Source: Minisyncoccota bacterium
GTDB taxonomy: Bacteria > Patescibacteriota > Minisyncoccia > UBA6257 > GWB1-50-10
Direction of reading: 5' to 3'
DNA: 64,000 nucleotides
Assembly (NCBI GenBank): GCA_020059915.1
Contig: JAGVBB010000002.1
Coordinates: 62,129-126,128 of the forward strand
The notes beneath the pieces were generated by a model that was given only the letters and a program-made list of their open reading frames with translations, was not told the DNA's origin and did not search any database. Position numbers and translations under genes: made by a program. The first letter of the stretch is position 1. Each line of letters begins with the position of its first letter. This document shows, piece after piece, positions 38,662-47,778 of the stretch.

Positions 38662-38713
38662 CATGGTAAAAAACACTATCTTATAACCATAATCTATAGT
38701 ACAATTCATTGAT

Positions 38714-39385
38714 ATGACAGCATTATTTAATTCATATATATATGAACCAATTCTTTCCGTTTTGTTGTTTATATATAACTCAATCGCGTTTACTGATCTT
38801 GGAATTGCAATAATACTTTTAACAATTTTTATACGAGTTGTGCTGTTCCCATTGTTTTATAAAGGAGCAAAAGATCAGGCAATAATGCAGAAGCTCCAGC
38901 CACATATAAAAAAAATTCAATTAGATCACAAAGACAACAAAGAAGAGCAGGCAAAGTTATTACTAGATCTATATAAAAAATATAGTTTCAATCCGTTTTT
39001 TGGGATTTTTTCTGTAGTAATACAACTTCCTATTTTTTTCGCCCTTTTTAAAATGTTTGGACAAGAATTGGGAAATCTAGGAATTGCAAACACAATGATG
39101 TTTGGTTTTCTTGATTTAGGAACAAAAGGTTTTGTCCTTCCTGTTATCGCTGCTGGATTGCAATATATACAAGGAAAATTATCACTCCCAAATATAAAAT
39201 CACAAGCAGGAGACAATCCGATGGCTTCCATGGGTAAGATGATGATTTATATTGGTCCAATTTTAACTCTTCTCATATTCTCCAACCTTCCATCGGCGCT
39301 CAGTGTGTATTGGATTGTTTCATCTTTATTTGCTGTTGTTCAGCAAATATATATAAATAAAAAATTGCCAAAACTCGAAGATTAG
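38714..39385 (+). CDS. yidC: membrane protein insertase YidC (short form)
   Basis: Five-TM 60 kDa_IMP core, ~223 aa, synteny. Confidence 0.85.
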   Translation: MTALFNSYIYEPILSVLLFIYNSIAFTDLGIAIILLTIFIRVVLFPLFYKGAKDQAIMQKLQPHIKKIQLDHKDNKEEQAKLLLDLYKKYSFNPFFGIFSVVIQLPIFFALFKMFGQELGNLGIANTMMFGFLDLGTKGFVLPVIAAGLQYIQGKLSLPNIKSQAGDNPMASMGKMMIYIGPILTLLIFSNLPSALSVYWIVSSLFAVVQQIYINKKLPKLED

Positions 39386-39402
39386 TTGTATACTAGAAAG
39401 CG

Positions 39403-39834
39403 ATGAAAGAGATGATTATTGAGACAGTAAAAGAGTTTATTTCTAATCTCGGGTTTCCAAACGCAGAAGTTTCACTCGACGAAGATAAGAGAAAGGTGAT
39501 TATTCTTATTGAAAATCGGTTTGTTGAGGATAATATAATAAATATTCTTCCAGCATTTGATCATGTAATTAATACCATTCTCAAAAAGAAGGGACTTATT
39601 CCTCATGTCATTGATATAAACTATTACAGAAAAGAAAGAGAAAGGATTATTGTTGAATTAGCAAAAGCGGGCGCAAAGAAGGCGATGATCACTAAACAGG
39701 AAGTTGAACTCCCTCCTATGAATGGATATGAACGAAGAATTGTACACATGGAAATTACCACACACCCAGAACTAACAACAGAGAGTGTTGGTATAGGAAA
39801 AGAAAGACACGTAATGATAAAATTTGTTCAATAA
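39403..39834 (+). CDS. Jag/KhpB RNA-binding protein (KH plus R3H)
   Basis: C-terminal R3H motif ERRIVHMEIT...; synteny after yidC. Confidence 0.75.
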   Translation: MKEMIIETVKEFISNLGFPNAEVSLDEDKRKVIILIENRFVEDNIINILPAFDHVINTILKKKGLIPHVIDINYYRKERERIIVELAKAGAKKAMITKQEVELPPMNGYERRIVHMEITTHPELTTESVGIGKERHVMIKFVQ

Positions 39835-39868
39835 AAAATCTCGCTAGTCACTAGCGGGATTTTTTATG
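39833..39868. terminator. bidirectional terminator between jag and the minus-strand cluster
   Basis: cgctagtcactagcg palindrome flanked by an A-run and a T-run. Confidence 0.55.
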
Positions 39869-41336
39869 GATAGTCGACATGTATGTGAAGCCCTGTGTAA
39901 TTTATACTTCCATCCGCGCCATAACCAGAACAATCAGCGCTTTGAGATCGATAAAAGCTTCCATTTTTATAATATTCACACCACGCACTAACCCCCTTGT
40001 CTTTTATGTAGGTTAATAATAATTCTGTATCTGTTTTTGATTTAGACTCAGCGACAACGTCTGCTGATATTCCCTTATAGTGGTTTGAGTTATTACTTGT
40101 ATGATCCCCACCAGTCAGGCTTGTTATTGCAAATTTTGGAAGTAATTTTCCGGGCCTAAACTCGTTTCCATTTTCATAATCAAACTGAATTGCATCAAGT
40201 AGGGCTATAAGGTTGCTACTCAACACCTTTCCAGAAGTATTGTCACACTGTGTTCCATCTGTTTTACACCCATCGTGACACACATATGGAAATAAACCCT
40301 TTTTAGTATCATCCATAATCCCATGCGCGCTTGTTTTTGATTTTGGTTCGCAATCAGCGTTTGTACTATAGTAGTTTAATTTTATTCCTTGTGCTGCATA
40401 TAGTGTGTTTGTTGTTGAAGCAAGCGCTGATGCCAACCCGCCACGTGCTTCATCCCAACCAGAATATTGGGAAACTGGCGGTGTTGATGATGGTATCTTA
40501 GGAAGAATACACGGAGCTAGATCACTTTTTAATGAGGTCATTATTGTCTTTTCAGCAATATCCCCAACCTCTTGGTTAAGTGCTTTTTGCCACGGCGTCC
40601 TATATGCATATACCAAGCACTGTGCAGAAGATGGCCCAACAGATTTAATAAAATAAGGATATACCCAGATAATAGAGTTTGCTGGAATTGATTCCCCTCC
40701 GGCATAATATTCGTTTGTTGTTATTGTCATGCCGTCTTTATCAAATAAATGACGATATGTACAAACATTATTAACTGGTGGCGTCGTGTTATATAGTTGT
40801 CCGCCAGAATTCCCTGATATGTTTGTTGCTATGTCGCAGGTTGATGATGCGACAGTTGCGCTTAAGCTTGCTTCTGTATTAACCCTATTTTTTTGTATGA
40901 GAGTACCTGTTGATGGTTCTTTTAGTTTTACTAATTCCGGATTTATTGTTTTTAAGAGTAGAAACGAAGCAAAAAGGAGGAGCACTCCCCACAAAGCATC
41001 TTGAATTATTTGTTTTCCCTCACTTTTTGCAGTGACATTCTCTGATTTAACAATAATTATAATTGCTCCATACACAATCATTCCAACCGCAACAATTCCT
41101 GAGATTCCAACAGCAAATTGATACAGGCGGACTATATAGGTTTGTATATCTTGTGGCTCGGAACAAGAAGAAAGTTGGAATCCTGCAATAGGAAGATCTA
41201 TACATGGCGGAGGAAATACAAGTCGCATCGTATCTTGTGCTTGAACAAAAAGAGGTAGGAATGATGTTCCTAAAACAAACAACAAACAGAGGATTAAAAA
41301 TATTTTTTTACTTAAGCGCATATATAAAGTTGTCAT
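39864..41336 (-). CDS. membrane-anchored protein with a C-terminal Peptidase_M15A/M15_3-type (Zn D,D/L,D-peptidase) cell-wall hydrolase domain; last gene of the T4SS-like cluster
   Basis: Signal peptide plus two hydrophobic helices, Cys-rich extracellular region, C-terminal SNHYKGISADVV ... GSINYTGLHIHVDYP matching the SxHxxGxAxD / GxY...HVD zinc-ligand pattern of M15A (MepK/phage endolysin-type) peptidases. Confidence 0.55.
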   Translation of the reverse strand: MTTLYMRLSKKIFLILCLLFVLGTSFLPLFVQAQDTMRLVFPPPCIDLPIAGFQLSSCSEPQDIQTYIVRLYQFAVGISGIVAVGMIVYGAIIIIVKSENVTAKSEGKQIIQDALWGVLLLFASFLLLKTINPELVKLKEPSTGTLIQKNRVNTEASLSATVASSTCDIATNISGNSGGQLYNTTPPVNNVCTYRHLFDKDGMTITTNEYYAGGESIPANSIIWVYPYFIKSVGPSSAQCLVYAYRTPWQKALNQEVGDIAEKTIMTSLKSDLAPCILPKIPSSTPPVSQYSGWDEARGGLASALASTTNTLYAAQGIKLNYYSTNADCEPKSKTSAHGIMDDTKKGLFPYVCHDGCKTDGTQCDNTSGKVLSSNLIALLDAIQFDYENGNEFRPGKLLPKFAITSLTGGDHTSNNSNHYKGISADVVAESKSKTDTELLLTYIKDKGVSAWCEYYKNGSFYRSQSADCSGYGADGSINYTGLHIHVDYP

Positions 41337-42492
41337 ATTTGTTTATAAAGTATAATGATGGTTGTGTTACTATGATATTTTTTGCATCAATGGGTATATT
41401 TTTTATATCAGAGATTTGGACCTGATCTTCTGTTTGTGAATATGTGTCATAGACATATAATAGATCGTCGGTAAATGAAAGATTAGTGATCCAATTAAAT
41501 AAAGAAATATCCGTTTTAGGAACAAAACAAAACGCGGTAGTAACAAGAGAAGAACATTTTTCGGGGAGCGTTTTCTTTGTTGTTGGCACAATGTTTTCAA
41601 AAGAGTTATTTCCAATTACGAATCCATCGTTTTTTGAATAAAAGAAATAAACAGAGAGTTCTGGATTAAGTGAAAAATCTAATAAACCAGATCTAATTGT
41701 TGAAAATAATTTTGTTTTCAAATTATATTGCCAAATGGATGTTGCATATTCATTTCCAAATTTCTCAACAAACAATAATTCATCTCTTGATTTTTTAAAT
41801 ATATCAACATCAAACAGTTTTAGTTTTGGAATAATAACAGTTTTATCGGAATATGATTTTAATGACGAAAGAGATACGACACTTGTTGTTCCCCCTTGAT
41901 CCCAAAGCGCAACAATATCTTGATTGTTAAAATCCCACACAGCGTCAGTTATTGACGAATTTAATGGTGTTATTTTTTCATCCATTGAAGAAAAAATTCC
42001 CCATATTGTTCCTGAATTTGTTGCAAATTTTATTAAAACAGAAGATCCGCCGCGATTTGGTTTTATCATACTAACGTTATTCAGTGGGTTTAGGGCTATT
42101 TTTTCACTCTTTCCGTCTATTACTTTTTTTATTTCTCCATTCTCTGTTATATAAAAAATTCTATTATTTTCCTCATAATACCAATATGATTGCGCGGGTA
42201 CGTCCGAGACTTTTTGAAGTTCTGTGAATGAGGTTTTTATTACTGCTGATTCGCTATAATTTCCACCGTCCCCTGTTTCATTGTTTTCTATTTCCACTAC
42301 ATCTGTCGGTGTCTGCTCATTGTTATCCAACTCCTCTATGAGGGTGTTGGTAGTTGATGTGGATATAGTCGTGTTGCCTTGCTCTTCTGTTGGTGTTGTT
42401 TTAGATACAACAAAATAAATTATCCACGCAATTGTGCCGAGTATAAGAAAAATGATTAGATATTTATATATTGGTCTCATGTTAGTTTCCAA
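41308..42492 (-). CDS. hypothetical bitopic membrane protein with a large extracellular beta-rich domain (cluster gene)
   Basis: N-terminal TM anchor; repeated aromatic/Asn-rich segments; no family recognised. Confidence 0.4.
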   Translation of the reverse strand: METNMRPIYKYLIIFLILGTIAWIIYFVVSKTTPTEEQGNTTISTSTTNTLIEELDNNEQTPTDVVEIENNETGDGGNYSESAVIKTSFTELQKVSDVPAQSYWYYEENNRIFYITENGEIKKVIDGKSEKIALNPLNNVSMIKPNRGGSSVLIKFATNSGTIWGIFSSMDEKITPLNSSITDAVWDFNNQDIVALWDQGGTTSVVSLSSLKSYSDKTVIIPKLKLFDVDIFKKSRDELLFVEKFGNEYATSIWQYNLKTKLFSTIRSGLLDFSLNPELSVYFFYSKNDGFVIGNNSFENIVPTTKKTLPEKCSSLVTTAFCFVPKTDISLFNWITNLSFTDDLLYVYDTYSQTEDQVQISDIKNIPIDAKNIIVTQPSLYFINKYDNFIYALK

Positions 42493-43177
42493 TAAATATT
42501 TTTGTTTGAGTTTTTATTATTTCAAGCAAAGATTTTTTGTTTTGGACATATCCAGTTATAGAAACTGAATTGTTTGAAGTGGTGCTCGGGTTCCCTGTAT
42601 TTATTGTTATTTTATTGTTTGATCCCGTTCCTTTTTTAAGTAATCCAATTTGCCAAGAGAATGAGAGGTCTTCAAATGACTTGGTATTAAAAAAATATGG
42701 AACAGCGGTTATTGAGATATCAGAGTTTTTGGGAACTACATTGTTTATATAAGGTATTTCTAATATAAGTTTTGGTTCTGTTGTTGGTATAGTAATACTT
42801 TTTTGAATCAATACCCCATTCCAATCCACTGAAACCGAAACGAAATTTGTTCTATCAGTTTCAGAGAATACCACCATTGCTTCTTTTTCTCCTGTCCCTT
42901 TTCTTATTCTTTCCCCATTTTTTCTCCACTCAATGGTAGAATTTGACACATCCAACAATGTCCCATTTTGAACCGCCTCAACAGCGAGATACACTTTTGT
43001 TCCATATGAGGGAACCGCCTTTCCAATATATGAAGTTGGGAAAAAATTATCTGCCTTCCAAGTTACTATAAGTTCCGGATTTGCTGCATTTGTAGATAAG
43101 AAAAACCCGAAAAACAAACAAACAAATGTTAATAAAAAGAGATTATGCCGCATGTTTAATTTTTTCTTGTTCTTCAT
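42482..43177 (-). CDS. hypothetical secreted protein (cluster gene)
   Basis: Probable start at the internal Met giving the signal peptide MKNKKKLNMRHNLFLLTFVCLFFGFFLSTNA; the ORF-track start 43330 would overlap the upstream gene by 188 nt. Confidence 0.4.
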   Translation of the reverse strand: MKNKKKLNMRHNLFLLTFVCLFFGFFLSTNAANPELIVTWKADNFFPTSYIGKAVPSYGTKVYLAVEAVQNGTLLDVSNSTIEWRKNGERIRKGTGEKEAMVVFSETDRTNFVSVSVDWNGVLIQKSITIPTTEPKLILEIPYINNVVPKNSDISITAVPYFFNTKSFEDLSFSWQIGLLKKGTGSNNKITINTGNPSTTSNNSVSITGYVQNKKSLLEIIKTQTKIFIGN

Positions 43178-43712
43178 TATGTTCTTGAATAATTGGATTG
43201 TTTTGTGTCCGTAGTGGGGATGACGGCATTGATAAAATCCTCGGTTTATTTGTATTGGATAGAGGCGCTCCCTTATTAACTTTGTTAATTGTTCCAACAA
43301 TTTTACTTCCCCTCGATGCAGATGTTGCAACTTTCATTGCAACAGATCCCGTCCCTCCAGTTGCTGCCCCAACGGCTATTTGTGCTCCTTTCTCTATTAT
43401 ACCTAATTTCTCCGGATGATTCTCTAGATACATAACAACAACAATAGTTGCACACATTGTTGGAAGAAATGGTATGCCCTGAACCATAATTGGAATGAGA
43501 TATCCTTTTAATGGATCATTTAGGACGCTTGATCCACCCTTTTTAAGCCAGTAGTTTTTTACAAATGGCCACAAGACGCTTTGTGCTATCCAACCAAGAA
43601 AACCAAAAGAAAATAAATCACCAAGGAAAGCAATTCCATCGATAATTAACCCAACAACAAAACCGAGAAACATCTCTCCAAGCTCAAATTTGTTTTTTGT
43701 TTTCTGACTCAT
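43143..43712 (-). CDS. hypothetical integral membrane protein (cluster gene)
   Basis: ~4 hydrophobic helices, Gly-rich loop. Confidence 0.4.
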   Translation of the reverse strand: MSQKTKNKFELGEMFLGFVVGLIIDGIAFLGDLFSFGFLGWIAQSVLWPFVKNYWLKKGGSSVLNDPLKGYLIPIMVQGIPFLPTMCATIVVVMYLENHPEKLGIIEKGAQIAVGAATGGTGSVAMKVATSASRGSKIVGTINKVNKGAPLSNTNKPRILSMPSSPLRTQNNPIIQEHNEEQEKIKHAA

Positions 43713-43715
43713 TCT

Positions 43716-45470
43716 TTATGCCAATCCCTTTGATTCTAATACCTGCTCTGGGTTTGTAGTAACTATTTGATCCTCAGTATATGAGGCAATAACTTTCATT
43801 GCTACATGTTTTGCTCCAGCAAAGAAAAGCCCTTCTCCGACGCCCGCCTCTAATAAAAATGCTCGCTCCCCTTCGGTGAGATTGAATGCTGTTGCTACGG
43901 AGTCAATTGAGCCAGGAGACTGCTTCATAAGAATTTGCATTGAAGAGTTTGTGACGATTGGTTTTCCATATTCTGATTTCAAAAAATCTTCCACGTCCTG
44001 TGTTATAGTTGTTATTCCAAGATAATATTTTCTTGCGCGTTTTACTAAACCAAACAAAAATGAAGCAGAGTCTTTATATTTCATCATTAACCACGCCTCA
44101 TCAATAATAAGTGCGCGTTGTTGTAATTTTGACCGCACAAGATTCCAAACAAAGTTTAAAACAATATACATTGCTATCGGGCGGAGCTCTTCTTCTAAAT
44201 CCCTAATTGAAAAAACAATAAGGCGATTTTTTATGTCCACGTTTGTGGGGGCGTTGGTAAATCCAGCATAGGAACCATGAACAAATTTATCAAGTCGAGC
44301 AGCGAGTGTTTGCCCCCCAGATGTATTTGAAAGTATTACTTGTAGATCTTCTAAGAGTGGGGGGTTAATTTCTCCTAGTGTTCCAAAATTATCTGCTGTT
44401 ATATCTCGTGATGCATATGTTTCTGTTACCACTCTATCAAGAAGTGAATCCTCTTCTGGGGTTATAACGCCCAGCATAAGTTTTAATAATCCAGTGAGAT
44501 TTAAAATGTGTGATTTAAATACGTCCGATGGTTCCTCTCCTTCTGGAATAATAGGAATATCAAAAGGATTGACGTGGTTTTGTGACGTGAGTGAGATTTT
44601 AAAGTAACTACCACCTATTGCATTGGAGAGATTCTGATATTCGTTTTCTGGATCAATAATAATAACATTCACCCCAAGCATTAATGATCGCAAGACCTGG
44701 AGTTTTGTGGTGTATGATTTTCCCGCACCAGATGTTGCAAATATTACTTGGTTTGCATTTTGAAGTGAAAATCTATCAAAGATTATCAAGCTATTGTTGT
44801 GCATATTGACCCCATATAATATCCCCTTTTCAGAAGATAAGTCAGGAGAAACAAAAGGAAAGAGAGATGATGCTGGGCTTGAATTCAATGGTGTTGTTAT
44901 TTCAAGTTTATCCCTATTTATCGGAAGTGCTGTGGAGTTAAATCCCTCAAGTTGTTTGAATAGTGCGGGTTTTATATACACAAGCTTACTCTCGAGTGCT
45001 GATTGAATTTTTTCCTCAAGCTTTCTTAGTCCATCCAGTGTTTGTGCATAGATGGTTATATATACTCCAACGCGGAACAGTTTTTCTCTCGCTTGCAACA
45101 AAGAGTCACGAAGTTGTTCGACGTCCTCATATGCTGTTTCTAGCATTGGGTCTCTCACAAGCCCCTTTTCTTGTTTATCCCAAAGTTCTGCCTCTATGTT
45201 TGCAACCTTCTTTTTTAAATCTTTTAATGCAAATGCAGTATCCATTGGGTGAACAAACACAGATATATCCATCATTTCTGCCATGTTGATAATTGGGGAA
45301 AACCACCCACTAGATACATAGCGAGGATAAGTAAAAACAAACAAAGTTTTCACGAAATAATCACCAAGCTTTAAGTAGCTTGAACTAACCTCAAGTCCGG
45401 ATGGGGCAATAATATTTGGTAGATCCTTATTTGATGGCGTATATGCTTGTGGAACTGATATTTTTATCAT
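43716..45470 (-). CDS. VirB4/TraE-type T4SS ATPase, C-terminal ATPase portion
   Basis: Walker A FATSGAGKSYTT, IIDPENEY, Walker B IIDEAWLMM, ...GWFSPII region typical of VirB4 family. Confidence 0.7.
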   Translation of the reverse strand: MIKISVPQAYTPSNKDLPNIIAPSGLEVSSSYLKLGDYFVKTLFVFTYPRYVSSGWFSPIINMAEMMDISVFVHPMDTAFALKDLKKKVANIEAELWDKQEKGLVRDPMLETAYEDVEQLRDSLLQAREKLFRVGVYITIYAQTLDGLRKLEEKIQSALESKLVYIKPALFKQLEGFNSTALPINRDKLEITTPLNSSPASSLFPFVSPDLSSEKGILYGVNMHNNSLIIFDRFSLQNANQVIFATSGAGKSYTTKLQVLRSLMLGVNVIIIDPENEYQNLSNAIGGSYFKISLTSQNHVNPFDIPIIPEGEEPSDVFKSHILNLTGLLKLMLGVITPEEDSLLDRVVTETYASRDITADNFGTLGEINPPLLEDLQVILSNTSGGQTLAARLDKFVHGSYAGFTNAPTNVDIKNRLIVFSIRDLEEELRPIAMYIVLNFVWNLVRSKLQQRALIIDEAWLMMKYKDSASFLFGLVKRARKYYLGITTITQDVEDFLKSEYGKPIVTNSSMQILMKQSPGSIDSVATAFNLTEGERAFLLEAGVGEGLFFAGAKHVAMKVIASYTEDQIVTTNPEQVLESKGLA

Positions 45471-45472
45471 AA

Positions 45473-46114
45473 TTATTTTTTTGCAATTTGCAGATCCTTT
45501 TTTTCTATTAACTGTGGATTATAGAGATTATAGAAAAGTTCAGTGAGCTCCTCGTCATTTAATTCAGAAACATGCAATCCGATTTGTTCCAGTCCTTCTT
45601 TTACTTCAATAACCCGGTGTTCTAATTGTTCCAATTTTGACTGGAGTGTTGCTTGTGCCTCTGCATCCCGTGATTTTTGAGAACCAAACAAAGAAGAAAG
45701 AACCCCAAATGATGGCGTATTTACAATGCCTTCATAAGGAATCACCACGAAGAATGTTTTTGAAATTATTGCATTTTGATCAACTAGTGTTTTTATAAAA
45801 TTTATATATTCGTCAATTTGGATCTTTAATAATTCATTTTCTTCCTGCTCTCTCCGTTCCCTCATTTTATCGAGATAGGAATCAACATTAACCTTTCTTG
45901 AGTGTATAAAGAGTTGTGTTGGATAATCGATGGTATTTAAAAAATTTTGAAAACTACCCAAAATAAGATTTTGTTCAGCGTCTGATTTTAAATCAAAATT
46001 TATTCCACTAACGATAAGTATTCGACGGATCCCGCCATCTTTTAAATAGACGATTCCATCTTTTATTTCACTTATTTCTACAAATTTTTGTGTTGGTGTA
46101 TTTACCTCTGCCAT
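45473..46114 (-). CDS. VirB4-family N-terminal domain encoded as a separate ORF
   Basis: EISEIKDGIVYLKDGGIRRILIVSGINFDLKSDAEQNLILGSFQNFLNTIDYPTQLFIHSRKV resembles the CagE_TrbE_VirB N-terminal domain of Gram-positive VirB4 (PrgJ/TraE/TcpF); ends 2 nt before the ATPase ORF in a different frame. Confidence 0.6.
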   Translation of the reverse strand: MAEVNTPTQKFVEISEIKDGIVYLKDGGIRRILIVSGINFDLKSDAEQNLILGSFQNFLNTIDYPTQLFIHSRKVNVDSYLDKMRERREQEENELLKIQIDEYINFIKTLVDQNAIISKTFFVVIPYEGIVNTPSFGVLSSLFGSQKSRDAEAQATLQSKLEQLEHRVIEVKEGLEQIGLHVSELNDEELTELFYNLYNPQLIEKKDLQIAKK

Positions 46115-46134
46115 ATGCTAATTGTACATGATTA

Positions 46135-46635
46135 TTAATAATCAATGCGTTTTGCCGTCCTTTTTTCTCCAGTAAGATAGGTTACTACCTCATATTTCCC
46201 CTTTTTGTTTTCCCTCACTGTTTCGTGCTCCTGTTTGAATAACTTGCCCGTTGTTATAGACTCAGCAACGTTTTTGATCTTTTCTTGTATACTCATAGCT
46301 CGACGTATTGATGAAAGTTTTTCAATAGAGCTGGTGTCTATTGAAGTTTCTTCCATTGCGCGCTCCCATACATATATGCGGGGATTCCAAAAATAACGAA
46401 ATGCTGATTGTGCTACCTTGTGGAGATCTTGTCCATTTACTTTTACAAAAGCAAAGGAAATTGCTATTCCAACAACAATCATAGAAAGTATAATCCATAA
46501 AAAAATGGAGAAGATATAGTAAAGAACAATTGAAACAACAGCAGCACCACCAATAAGTAAAAATTGTTGGAGTGTAAAAAATGATATTATCTTTGGTTTT
46601 TCCTCTATAAATTGAGGTACCTGAAAGGTAGACAT
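46135..46635 (-). CDS. PrgI/VirB3-like small two-TM protein
   Basis: FQVPQFIEEKPKIISFFTLQQFLLIGGAAVV then two hydrophobic helices; the pattern and its position directly upstream of VirB4 match PrgI/TcpE-family proteins. Confidence 0.5.
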   Translation of the reverse strand: MSTFQVPQFIEEKPKIISFFTLQQFLLIGGAAVVSIVLYYIFSIFLWIILSMIVVGIAISFAFVKVNGQDLHKVAQSAFRYFWNPRIYVWERAMEETSIDTSSIEKLSSIRRAMSIQEKIKNVAESITTGKLFKQEHETVRENKKGKYEVVTYLTGEKRTAKRIDY

Positions 46636-46698
46636 TTCATTTATTATACCCTAGAAATAAAAACAAGTGGAATACTATAAACACCCAAAAATGGGTGT

Positions 46699-47778
46699 TT
46701 ATTTTAGATTTATAATATTTCCTTTGATTACCGATTGAGTGCTGTCTGGTTTTTCCTCTTGGATTTTAATCTCTGGTAACGGCGATTTGATATTTTCCTG
46801 TCCATTTTTGAAAATATTTGATATCCACGATGATTTTTTTTCTTGTTTTTCCTCTGGAACTACTGCTGAGTCCATTATTTTTTTATCTGTTTCTTGCGCT
46901 GTTTTTGGTGTTAGTGTTATAACTTCTGGCGTTTGGACCGTGTTTATTTGTTGGGTCATTGGTGAGCTCTTCGTCTCTGATGGTTTGATAATATCTTCTT
47001 CTCTACTCATTCGCTCAAGTGCCCCAACACTTATTACCTCTTCCTCTGCCCCAACCGCAGGTTTCAGCCCAGTTCGTATCTCATTATAATGAATTGTTGT
47101 TTTTTGTTCTGGTTTTAAAAAGGAGAAAGGATTTGGTCCAGATTCAATTTTTGCTTTTGGAATTTTTTTCTCACTCGATTCGGATGATGAAGGTATAAAT
47201 TTATTGAATGGGGTTTCTGGTCTTTTTTCTTCATGTGCATCTCTTCTAAAAAATGTTGGCTCTTCCTGAAGAATTAGTGGAGCATCTTCTGATGTTTCAA
47301 TTTTTATTGGTGAAGACTCTTCATTTTTAGTAAAGAAATCTGGTTTAATAACCTCTTCTTTTTTTTCAAGCTCTTCTGTGTCTTTGCCACCTTCTATTTT
47401 TTTCTCAATTACATCCCTAATTTGCTCCTTTTCTGCAAGGACCTCTTCTATTGGTTTATAAATATCATTTATTTCCTCTTCATAGGGCGCAAGAAGACGG
47501 TTATATATTTCATCAGTAAGAACCCTTGCGTGTTCAAAATTGAGAAATAACTGCTCCCCGACCTCTCTGGAAAGATTTCTGAGGGATATAAAACCCATAA
47601 GGGTCAATCCAACAAGTTGTTCAAGAATTACTGATTTTTCTGGACTTAGATAGTGTTCTCGTTCAATTCCTGAAAGCACACGTTTTGTTTGTTCCGACTC
47701 AAAAACTGCCCGCAGAGATGCTGGTATCGCTTCGTATCGTTCATCAAATATGTCTGATGTAAATAGTGAATAGTCCAT
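46699..47778 (-). CDS. hypothetical acidic, Glu/Lys/Pro-rich and probably disordered cytoplasmic protein (cluster gene)
   Basis: No TM segments; structured N-terminal ~110 aa, then low-complexity sequence. Confidence 0.4.
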   Translation of the reverse strand: MDYSLFTSDIFDERYEAIPASLRAVFESEQTKRVLSGIEREHYLSPEKSVILEQLVGLTLMGFISLRNLSREVGEQLFLNFEHARVLTDEIYNRLLAPYEEEINDIYKPIEEVLAEKEQIRDVIEKKIEGGKDTEELEKKEEVIKPDFFTKNEESSPIKIETSEDAPLILQEEPTFFRRDAHEEKRPETPFNKFIPSSSESSEKKIPKAKIESGPNPFSFLKPEQKTTIHYNEIRTGLKPAVGAEEEVISVGALERMSREEDIIKPSETKSSPMTQQINTVQTPEVITLTPKTAQETDKKIMDSAVVPEEKQEKKSSWISNIFKNGQENIKSPLPEIKIQEEKPDSTQSVIKGNIINLK

